Source: Azolla caroliniana | Lineage: Eukaryota; Plantae; Polypodiophyta | Direction of reading: 5' to 3' | Length of the DNA stretch: 64,000 nucleotides | NCBI GenBank assembly: GCA_043228905.1 | Contig: JBHGNT010000021.1 | Location: 9,548,001-9,612,000 of the forward strand | Part shown: positions 47,992 to 57,786 of the stretch, in pieces | How the letters are laid out: each line of letters opens with the position of its first letter | Position numbering within the stretch: the stretch's first letter is position 1 | Notes under the pieces: generated by a model | What the model was told of the DNA's origin: nothing | Database searches by the model: none | Seen by the model: the letters and a program-made list of their open reading frames with translations, nothing else | Program-made: the position numbers and the translations under genes

Positions 47992-50111
47992 TCCTCTCGG
48001 TTATCGGAACCGAGGGAGTCGCGGTTACGCTCGTGGTTCGGCCTAACCGTCAAAAACTGGACCGAATGGCGGCCGTCCTGGCTCTTGACCCGCGCATAGG
48101 CCGAACCATTGTCCAGCACCTTGGTCTCCATTCGCGCCGCCGTGATGTACGGCTCTCCCAGTATGACCGGATGCGAAGACGTCTCCTGCACGAAGAAGTG
48201 CTGGTCAATCTCGACGTCGCCGATCTTGACTCGCACATTCGGACAGGCCCCGTGCAGTTCCTCGGTGGCGCGCGTTGCTGCCCTTATTTTCCACCCGTGC
48301 TTGGTGTTGATCGGCCATTTGCCCTTCTTATAGAAGTCCATGGACATCAAATTGATCTCCGATCCATGGTCCACCAAAGCTATCACCGGTTCCTGGACAT
48401 CGCCGATCTTCACCGGGGTTTCCGTGGTCGCTCGGGCCCAGTGCGGTCTCGAATAGTGGCTTTCCGCCCACTCGTCTCCCAGCGCCATGTCGTCTAGGTG
48501 CGTCGTCCGCACTTCCACCGGTCTTTCCGGTTCTGTCTCCGTTGACAGCCTCTTCCGTTTCACCAAGTCCACGATGGAGTCGTGGAACTCCTTCTTGGCG
48601 ATTCCAAGCACCTCCCGTAGCGACAGCTCCACCTTGCTGTCGAGGATCCGTTCCTCCAGGACCTTTCGTAAGTCCGTGGTTCTTTCTATCTCCGTCCCCA
48701 GACGGTACCCGCCCTTCTGGGGTTTATCTTGCGTACCGGCCCTGCCGGCTTCGTCCCGTCGTGGCCCGGACCGGGTCTCGTATCGTTGTGAGGGCCCGGT
48801 CGTCCCGGGTTTTCCCACCCGCTTCTCTTCTACCAGAGCCTCGTAGTTCCGGCAAGCGGCTTCCACGAAGCCCGTCCTTTCCTCGACCGGGTCGCTCCAC
48901 CCGGTCATCTCCCGTACCCGTTTCTCCGCACGGTCCGATTCCTCCCTTTTAAGCCCTGCACCGGCAAGGCCTTCCAGCATCGTCGGCCAGAATCCGGCTT
49001 TGCTTTCCTTTCGGGCCTCGCCGCCCCCGACTCGAATGCCGGCCGACGCCGAGTAGTGGACGGTTTCCGCGTGTCGGGCCGCCGCCTCTTCCATCAACCT
49101 TTTCATACCACCCTTTCCGTCGTTTCGGCTCAGGGCCCTTCGGGTGTCGCTGGCATGCACCCGTCCTTCCCACAGGTACACCACCCGGTCCCTCAGCGCC
49201 TCCGCGAAGTCGCCGCAGTCCTTCCGAACGTGGCCGACTTCATCGCACCACATGCACCTGTTTCCTGCCGCCGGCCGTCGGTCACGAGCCGGTTCGCCTC
49301 CTTCCCTTCGGGCCTGCGCGATTTGGAGGTCCTTTATCGCCTTCGTCAATTCCTCCAGCGCCGCTCCTCCGGTTGAGCCTCTGACTACGCCGGTCGAAGC
49401 CGAACCGGTTTCCAACCACTCCCGGGTCTCTTCCTTGCGCACCTGTGGCGCTGGTTCGAGCTTCCTTGCTGCGACCGAGCCCGACCCAGTCGCCCCGTTA
49501 TCCGCCCATTCTCGCCGTTTGTCGAAACGGCCACAGACCTTCCTGACAGCCGCCCAGTCGGTAGTGAGCCCGTCTTCGGTTTCCAGCAAGAGGCCCACTT
49601 GCTCCCGATCCCGCTCGTCGACCGACTTGACAAACAGCAAGACCCGGCTCGTGTCCAGGATGGTTCGGTCGAGCGCCGAAAGGCGCGCAAAGTTTTCCTC
49701 GAACTCCCGGAGGAGTGCCGACGCGTTTCTTCCCTTCCCCGGGGACTCCACCCATTCCATGAACCTTCGCTTCGAAAGCCGGAGCGCGTCGTCCAGCCCG
49801 TATTTCTCTAGGAGCCGACCTTCGAACTCCTCCCAGGTACGGCTCTCCGCCCGCACCTCGAGCACCTCCGCATGGATGCTCGGCATTGCCACTCGGGGAA
49901 AACCGGCAAGACGCCTTTCTTCCGGAATGTCCCGCATCAACATTTCTGCACCGTAGGACGCCAGATACTTCGTGGCATCCCTCCCATCGAACCGGCCGAT
50001 CGTGCCGACGACCGCCTCAATAGCTCTGTCGAGGGCACCGGTACCCTCGCGCGCGTTTACGATCCGATCCACGGCCGAAGCCATGGCCTCTGCGAGATCC
50101 GACCCCCTCAT
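47985..50111 (-). CDS. Gypsy H Gag-protease
   Basis: Open frame, first ATG at 50111. CCHC knuckle CMWCDEVGHVRKDC; protease 'ALVDHGSEINL' and 'VILGEP'. Confidence 0.9.
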   Translation of the reverse strand: MRGSDLAEAMASAVDRIVNAREGTGALDRAIEAVVGTIGRFDGRDATKYLASYGAEMLMRDIPEERRLAGFPRVAMPSIHAEVLEVRAESRTWEEFEGRLLEKYGLDDALRLSKRRFMEWVESPGKGRNASALLREFEENFARLSALDRTILDTSRVLLFVKSVDERDREQVGLLLETEDGLTTDWAAVRKVCGRFDKRREWADNGATGSGSVAARKLEPAPQVRKEETREWLETGSASTGVVRGSTGGAALEELTKAIKDLQIAQARREGGEPARDRRPAAGNRCMWCDEVGHVRKDCGDFAEALRDRVVYLWEGRVHASDTRRALSRNDGKGGMKRLMEEAAARHAETVHYSASAGIRVGGGEARKESKAGFWPTMLEGLAGAGLKREESDRAEKRVREMTGWSDPVEERTGFVEAACRNYEALVEEKRVGKPGTTGPSQRYETRSGPRRDEAGRAGTQDKPQKGGYRLGTEIERTTDLRKVLEERILDSKVELSLREVLGIAKKEFHDSIVDLVKRKRLSTETEPERPVEVRTTHLDDMALGDEWAESHYSRPHWARATTETPVKIGDVQEPVIALVDHGSEINLMSMDFYKKGKWPINTKHGWKIRAATRATEELHGACPNVRVKIGDVEIDQHFFVQETSSHPVILGEPYITAARMETKVLDNGSAYARVKSQDGRHSVQFLTVRPNHERNRDSLGSDNREDF

Positions 50112-50133
50112 CTTCTGCTCTTCTGCCGCCTCT

Positions 50134-50151
50134 TTCACGTCGGGTTCACCA
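50134..50151 (-). promoter_or_regulatory. Primer-binding site complementary to the tRNA-Trp 3' end
   Basis: TGGTGAACCCGACGTGAA matches the plant cytosolic tRNA-Trp 3' end as I recall it. Variants at 39672-39689 and 58802-58819. Confidence 0.8.
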
Positions 50152-53100
50152 AAGATGTCGAGATATTACGCAAGTGCGTGTGGAATAGAGGCGGGACCGC
50201 GGGGGTCTCGAACCAAAGAGCAAGCGAGGGAGGAGAAAGAGAGAGAACCGGCTACGCAGGACCGGGGATACGCAGGGACACGGCCCTTCAGCACGGAGAA
50301 CGCGAACAGACACCGACACAGACGGATGCGAATGACTAAATATGTGTATTAACAAAATGGCTAACACGACTACAACCCCCGATGGGGCACAGGTTGGTTG
50401 CAACCGAACAGGCCGGCGAACAGATGCCGATGCCTGTTCGCTTCGACGCACAAACGGGGAAATGGGGGGGGGGTAGCAGGTCGGAGGTGCTGCCGGAAGC
50501 ACTCGGGCGTTCCTCGAAACAGCGCGAGCCTCCCCGGAACCCTGCACAGAAAGCTTTGGAGCTCAAGAAGGAAGGAAACAGAGGGAGCGAAGCGTCCAGA
50601 AACGGTCCGACAGCACTTCGTCCTCTCCGCGCCAGATCCCTGCAACAGCTCTTTCCCGCTCCTTATATAGGCCGACGAACAGGCCGTCGTGTCAGCTTTA
50701 TTCCCTGTCCCTTTTGGACAGGGATCCGCTCCGTTTTTCACGGATCCGCGTAGTTACGCCGCCGACTCGTACAGTTCGCGCGCGCGACCGAAAAGACTGT
50801 TCGCGCGGTCTTTGTCTCCACTTGAGTTAGGGCCCGTTCCTGCCGATTATCCTCTCAATTCGTTTCTATGTACAACTCGGAGCGTGCGCGCGTGAAGAAC
50901 CGGTTCCCACGCCTTGGTGCGCCGATTCCGCCTATGGACGGTTTTCTTCACGACAACGGCAAACAGGTTGCCACCTCACACCCGACATCAGCACCAAGAG
51001 AATCGAGCCCACTCGATTTGGTCCACTCAAACGTCTATGGCCCGATGCCACATCAGTCTCTCGGCGGTGCTTCGTACTTCGTCTGTTTTATTGACGACTC
51101 GACTCGAAAGGTGTGGGCTTACCCTATCAGAACCAAATTTCGGGTGTTATCGATCTTCTCCTAATGGCTTGCAATGGTCGAAAATCAGACCGGTCGGAAA
51201 CGGAAATGTCTCCGAACCGACAATGGAGGAGAATTCAAGTCTAAAGAATTCGTCAAATTCTGCTGGGACCGCGGCATTCGACGTGAATATACGACACCCT
51301 ATAGTCCGGAGCAGAACGGAATTGCTGAACGCATGAATCAGACGATTCAAGAACGCGTAGTATCCATGCTCCAACACTCCAGACTGTCGGATGGCTTCTG
51401 GGCGGAGGCTCTACTTACGATAGTACACATAATCAATATGTCGCCAAGTAGACCTCTAGGACTTCAAATACCTCAGGAAATATGGACCGGCAGTAAGCCG
51501 AATTGTGACAAACTGAGGATCTTCGGTTGCGAGGTGTATGCTCTCATACCGAAAGACGATCGCCGGAAACTCGAACCAAGGTCAAGGAAATGTGTTTTTC
51601 TTGGATATGGACCCGACGGTGAGATCGGATACCGACTCTGGGATCCCGAGCATAGACAAATTGTCCGAAGTTCGGACGTCGTGTTCAACAAGTCGGTTAT
51701 GCATAAAACAGTCGAAAGGCATATTGAAGTCCGAAGGGTAATATTTTCTGAAGTGCCAACCATTCATGACGGCCCAACCCACAACACGAGATCAGTTTCA
51801 CGGGTAACCGACAACTCTCGCACCGAATCCACTGATTCAGCACAATCGATTGGCTTGGCTCCCGACCATCCGACATTCACACATGGCGCGACTAGTTCAG
51901 TCATACCTCGCAGATCCGAGAGGCTGTCGCAACCTCCGGAGAGGTACTCTCCCGGAATTTTCTTGACCGACGCCGGCGAACCGACGTCTTACGAAGAAGC
52001 ATCGGCATCTGCCGATTCAGCCACATGGCATCTAGCGATGGAGTCGGAAATGCATTCCATTCGGGCAAACAAGACTTGGGACTTGGTCAAATTACCGAAG
52101 AATCGATGTGCTCTTCCGTGTAAGTGGGTCTATCGACTAAAAGAGACGTCCAACTCGACCACCCCAAAGTACAAGGCCAGATTAGTTGCGAAGGGATTTG
52201 AACAAGAATTTGGCATCGACTTTGACGAAATTTTTTCACCAGTGGTGAAAATGACGACCCTTCGTTTCATGCTCGGCGTCGTGCCCGCCGACAACTTGGA
52301 GCTGATTCAGCTAGATGTACAACCAACATTCTTCCACGATGACCTACAAGAGGAAATCTATATGGAGCAACCGAAAGGCTTTGTGGCATCCGGCCAGGAA
52401 CATCTAGTTTGCCGACTCAGGAAGAGTTTATACAGCCTGAAATAGGCACCCCGACAATGGTACAAGAAGTTCGACGAATTCATCCAGTCGGTCGGCTTCT
52501 CCAAGAGCGATGAGGACCACTGGCTCTTCACCAAAACAGCTCAAGATGGGTCTCCCATCTTCCTCATCATCTACTTGGACCACATGCTACTCTCCGGTCG
52601 GCATGCCGGAGAGCTCACCAAACTCGTTCGGCAACTGCGGTTGAAGTTTTCCATGAAGGACCTCGGTCCGGTAAGACACATACTCGATATGAAGATTAGT
52701 CGGCATCGCGATACACGACAACTTTTCTTGTCTCAAACCGACTACATTGGACATGTCCTGGAACGCTTCAACATGCACTCGGCCAAGTCTGCTTCAACCC
52801 CGCTCCTCATCAACCTTCGGCTATCTCAGCGAGACTACCCGACATCCAGTCCAAAGGGGGAAGATATGAAGTTGGTACTATATGCACCGGCAGTCGGCTC
52901 CCTCATGTACGCGATGGTCGCGGCACGTCTTGATATTTCTCACGCCGTAGGAGTCGTCAACAGATTCATGCACAACCTCGGCCGATCACACTGGAATGCA
53001 GTCAAGCATGTGTTTAGATATCTAGCTCTCACAAAAGACCATGGCATTCTTTTCGGCCCGAACTCAACCTCAAGCATAGTCGGTTACACTGACTCGGACT

Positions 53101-54396
53101 TCGCCGGCTGTGTGGATAGTCGGAAATCAACAACCGGATACTATTTCAAATTTGGCAATGGAGCAATCTCGTGGAAGTCAAAACTTTAGGAGTGCACAAC
53201 CACCTCGACGACCGAAGCGGAATATGTAGCTGCGTTGGACGCGGCAAAAGAAGCTTTATGGCTCCGTCGGCTGGGGCACACGTTTCGACAGGTCGACTCT
53301 GACTCAGCTCCAGTTGTCTACAACGACAGTTAGGGTGTTGTTGCCTTGTCAAAAAGTCCGGTTCACCACAACGCCTCTAAGCATATCGACATTCGATATC
53401 ACTTCGTTCGGGACTGCGTCATCTCAGGGAAAATTAGTCTCGAGAAGATATCCACAACCGATAATGTCGCAGATGGAATGACCAAGTGTCTTTCGGCGGA
53501 TCGTTTCCGGTCCCTTCGGCACCAGATGGGCATAACGAAAAATCGGTCTGATTAAAGTCGGACACACAACACAGGATGGTTTCGGACCATTGACATCGGT
53601 TCTCTGAGGATCGGCTTCAGCTCTTCCGACCCGACTGGTTCGGTCCTCTGTCTTCGGATCTTGCCGACTCTGACAAAACCGATCTGTCCGATAAACCTTG
53701 TACATATACCTGTAATTCTTTAGATAACCCATGTATACGCCCATTACGGGGGAGTGTCGAATACGAGTGTATAATGGCCGTATTCACACTGTCCCTTTGG
53801 ACAACCCAAGTTCGGGCTATTTCTATAAATAGCATAAAGGGCAGTTGCCCTAGGATAGTCACTATATAAAGTGACTTTGTAACATTTAGAAAAGGTTGGT
53901 TGTCATTTGTAACTGTTGCTATTGGAATATACTTTTATTTTGTGCCTCTCTCTCTCTCTCTCCCTCTGTGTCGATCTTGCTTGCGCATACACAGGTTATT
54001 CTTCATCACGAATGTTGCTTGCACTTCCGCATTCACGGCCTTGTCCCCAATAGTGCCGTTGAGAGATCATAATACCGGCCGAAGTCCGGATTACCTCGAT
54101 GACAAGGAAGTAATGGAGCTCCTTCATGTCCGTCATCTCGAATTTGCCGGAGAGGAGGGACTTCACCTTGTTGATGTCAACTAAATGCTCACCTCCAATA
54201 ACCAGATCATCCACGTATAGGATGATGAAAATTGGGCTTCTAGAGTTGTTTCGTATATAGAGGGAGTTGTTGGATTTCGACATTCGAAAGCCGATTTGAT
54301 GAAGATATTGTGTTATCTTCGAATGCCAAGCACGCGGTGCTTGCATAAGGCCGTAGAGAGGCTTCTTGAGTTGGCATACGGCTTTCGGAAGAATGT

Positions 54397-54880
54397 TGTT
54401 ACCATACGAGATGTACGGGTGATTGATAACTGTGATAAGTGAGGATGAAAGATGTAATGTGTTGATATGTATGTGTAATGTTATACGATTATGAGTGTGA
54501 ATGTAAGTGTGAGTGTGATGGATACAAAGAGGTGTGAGTGAGTGGTTAGGTGTGAATGCCCAAGGGGCTTGCACCCTTGTGTATCTAACTCTTTGTACCT
54601 ATTTAACCCCTTATGGGGAATGAATGAAGACAATGATCATTTCTCTCTCAATCTCTCTCTTGTCATCTCTCTCTCCCTCTCTCTCTTCCCTCCCCTTAAC
54701 GTTGAACCCCCTTGGGAGGGGGGTGGAGCCATTCTAGGCACCACCCCCCACCCCACAATGCTTCTCAATGCTTGTCGTCTCTCTCACCATCAATCCCATA
54801 ACGCTCACCATCCTCATCAAACACACCATCTCCATCACCAATCATCATTACCACTAACCCTAACCCTAAAACCTACAACA
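54397..54880. mobile_element. Solo LTR (484 bp)
   Basis: TGTTA...CAACA flanked by a perfect 5-bp TSD AATGT; interrupts the RT of Copia D. Confidence 0.9.
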
Positions 54881-55652
54881 AATGTTGGATTCAAAGTCGG
54901 ATGGTTGTACCATGTACACCTCCTCTTCTAATTCACCTTGAAGAAATGCATTCTTTACGTCCATCTGATGGAGGTGCCACCCTTTCGTCGCTGCAAGTGC
55001 AATTATGGTCCGCACAGTCGTCATCTTTGCCACCAGGGCAAATGTCTCTTCATAGTCGATTCCATGTGTCTGTGCGTATCCTTTCGCTATGAGTTGGGCT
55101 TTGTAGCGGTTGACGGAACCATCAACATTATACTTCACCTTGTAAATCCATTTGCAACCATTTGCCTTCTTGTGCGGTGAGTGGGGAACGAGATCCCATG
55201 TTTCGTTCTTGCATAGTGCACGCATCTCCTCGTTCATTGCTTCGATCCATCGCGGGTCCTTCGCAGCTTTGGAAAAGTTTACCGGCTCCCATACTGTTGT
55301 TATCTTCATCATAAAGACGTAATGGTACGCCATATACTCATCATAGCCGAATCGGCTTACGGGGTTCTTTTCGCGGGTGGATCGACGGAGCTTCTCGTTT
55401 CCGGATACTAAGGCTTTCTTCGCTCCATTTGTCCGGATGTCAAGGTCTTTGAACTCACTATCGAGGGAGTGAGTCGATTCGTTGCCGTCGAAATGATCGT
55501 CTTCATACTCTTGCATTTTCGCCTTCCCTTTGTCTAGCTTTGGACTCGACCAAGATGTGCTTTGATCGCTCGGAGGCTCTTGTGGTCCACTAAGCCTTGT
55601 CATAATCGGGCTTTCTTCGAACATGCACGTGAGCCAATCTTCAGCTTCTATC

Positions 55653-57786
55653 TGTTGGTGAATGTGTCGACAGTTATGCGGAAGTGTGTATTCGGATCGT
55701 TTGGCTATGAACAACAAACAACGTAAACAGAAAGAAGAAAGAGCAGATTGAGACTTACACAATTATGAGCTTTAATGGAAAGTTTCTTATTTCTGCACAA
55801 CGTGTTTTTCTCTCGCTATCCGATAGTCTGATCGACGTAGGAAGCAGTGTCGGTGCTGGCTTTGCGTTCTCCATGTTGAAGCGCTTCAACACCTTGTAGA
55901 TGTATTCAGACTGGGAGAGTTGGAGTGTTTTGGTCGTCCGATTTTGCTCTATCCTCATGCCCAGTATGTGTCGGGCTTGTTCGAGTTCCTTCATCGCGAA
56001 CTTTGCGTGAAGGCTCCGCTTTAGCTTACCGATCTTTGCTTGATTGCTCCATGCAATCAACATGTCGTCGACGTATAGGATCAAATAGATCCTTGACTCG
56101 TCGGTCAGTTGCCGAACATACATGCATGGGTCGGAGTCTGATCTGTTGTATCCAAGCTGTCGTATGTAGGAGTTGAACTTCTGGTACCAAATTCTCGGGG
56201 CTTGTTTGAGGCCATATAGACTTTTCTTTAGTTTGCATATGAGGTGATTGACCTCCCCCATCACCGTGAAGCCTGCTGGTTGAGACATGTATATGTCTTC
56301 TTCCAAATCTCTGTGTAGGAATGCAGTCTTTACATCCATATGTTCTAGCTCTAGGTCCTCTGTCGCCACAACTCCTAGTAGGAGTCGGAGGGTGGTCATC
56401 TTGATTACTGGTGAAAATATATCGTCGTAGTCGACCCCATGTTCTTGTTTGAACCCTTTCGCGACAAGCCGAGCTTTGTACTTGGGTTTCTCTGAGTCAG
56501 ATACATATTTGTATCGGAATACCCATTTTCAAGGTAGCGGCTTTCGTCCTACTGGTAGTTTGATCAGCTCCCATGTCTGATTCTAATGAATCAAGTCCAT
56601 TTTGGATTTCATGGCTTGTAGCCATGTTTCGGCATTCGGTGCGGCCATAGCTTTGTCATACGTGCGTGGTTTGCCTGCATCCGTGTAGTTGACGTAGTCA
56701 AGGCCCAGTTGATAAAACTCTTTTTTCCTTCAAGCTCGTCCAGATGTCCTGGGTGCCGTATTATTTGGTTCAGATTCTTCGATCAGTTCCTTTTGGCGAT
56801 CGACATTTGTTGAACTAGTTGAGTCAGGAGTCTTGTTTGGTATTCCGCCCTTGGTTTGGGATTTCGGCGGTGTCTGGTTGTTCTCCCCTGCGGTTGTTGT
56901 CGACTCTTTTCTAACTTGTCCCTTGTTGACTCTGCCTTGATCGACCTTCGTCTATTCGGCTCTATCTTTGATGACTTTGTCTTTGAGTTTGACGTTGGGA
57001 CATATGGCCGATTCGGTGTCGGCTGGGACGTTGTCGACTGGTTGGAGTTCAACTATCTGTTGACTCTCTAAGTCCGCCTAGTGGGTCGGTCCTTCTACGT
57101 CAATGCTTTCATCTTCGAAGGATACCTTCTTGCCCACAGTTTTCTGCTGGTTCCTCTAAGAGAAGATAGAATCTTCATTGAAGACCACGTCGTTGCTCCG
57201 GATCAATTTCTGGTTCTTAGGGTCCCATAGCCGGTAGCCGAAGTCCCCATTAGTTCCATAATCGAGAAATATGCACTTTGTTGCATGGGGTGCCAACTTT
57301 TTCCTTTTGTCCTTGGGATGAAGGTGTAGGCTTCGCATCTGAATATACGAAGCCTATCGTAGGTCGGTTGTTTGCCAGACCATAGTGCCTATGGTACTTC
57401 GAGCCTAATTGCTCTTGACGGCGCTAGATTTATCAGATACACTGCCGTCTACAATGCCTCGGCCCAGAATTCCAGCTTCAGTCCGGCTTGTTAGAGCATT
57501 GTCGTCACCCTCTCTTGGATTGTTGGGTTGATTCGTTCAGCCACCCCATTCTGCATGGGTGTGTAGGGAATGGTCTTTTGGTGCCGGATCCCTTTGTTGG
57601 ACAGGTACTATTTGAAGGCTCTGGAGGTGTACTCACCTCCATTGTGGGATCAGAGTGTCGTCACTTTGTATCCCGATCCATTCTCCACTTCAAATATCCA
57701 AGACCTCGAGCGCTTCATCTTTGGACTTGATGGAGTATGCCCAAACTTTGCGTGTACAATCATCTATGAATGTGATGAAGTACCGG
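55653..57786 (-). mobile_element. Copia I: degenerate INT-RT joined by deletion to a 3' LTR remnant (55653 to about 55815)
   Basis: ORF 55755..56399 (MDVKTAFL, LYVDD), integrase remnants at 57150-57786, and an LTR-like end ...CACCAACA abutting Copia D. Confidence 0.8.

Larger units (their letters stand above)
43626..50955 (-). mobile_element. Gypsy H: intact, very recent non-chromoviral Ty3/gypsy (800-bp LTRs 43626-44425 and 50156-50955)
   Basis: 4-bp TSD ACGG. One LTR mismatch seen (44250 a / 50780 g). PBS TGGTGAACCCGACGTGAA at 50134-50151. PPT at 44426-44437. Two uninterrupted ORFs. Confidence 0.97.
41207..54052 (+). mobile_element. Copia G: full-length degenerate element (LTRs 41207-41522 and 53755-54052), hosting Gypsy H
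   Basis: TSD GTGCC on both sides; PBS TGGTATCAGAGCCAGGTT at 41525-41542; gag 42203..; INT/RT 51174..52445; PPT at 53746-53754. Outer termini have mutated to TA...TA. Confidence 0.95.
29570..55652 (-). mobile_element. Copia D (B/C lineage), old host element split into pieces: 3' LTR about 29570-29831, then 29832-30046, 40550-41206, 54053-54396 and 54881-55652
   Basis: RT/RH reading continues across each insertion, e.g. 'HYHFIRER|VHVGDVD', 'ISQRH|Y', 'FESNI|LPKAVC'. PPT GAGGGGGCG precedes TGTTGAGAATC at 29831. LTR outer end approximate. Confidence 0.85.

Noticed and set aside
44338-50352. Many long antisense or overlapping ORFs in Gypsy H and its LTRs (also in Copia B and E)
   Set aside because: Expected shadow ORFs in GC-rich coding DNA; no recognisable domains.
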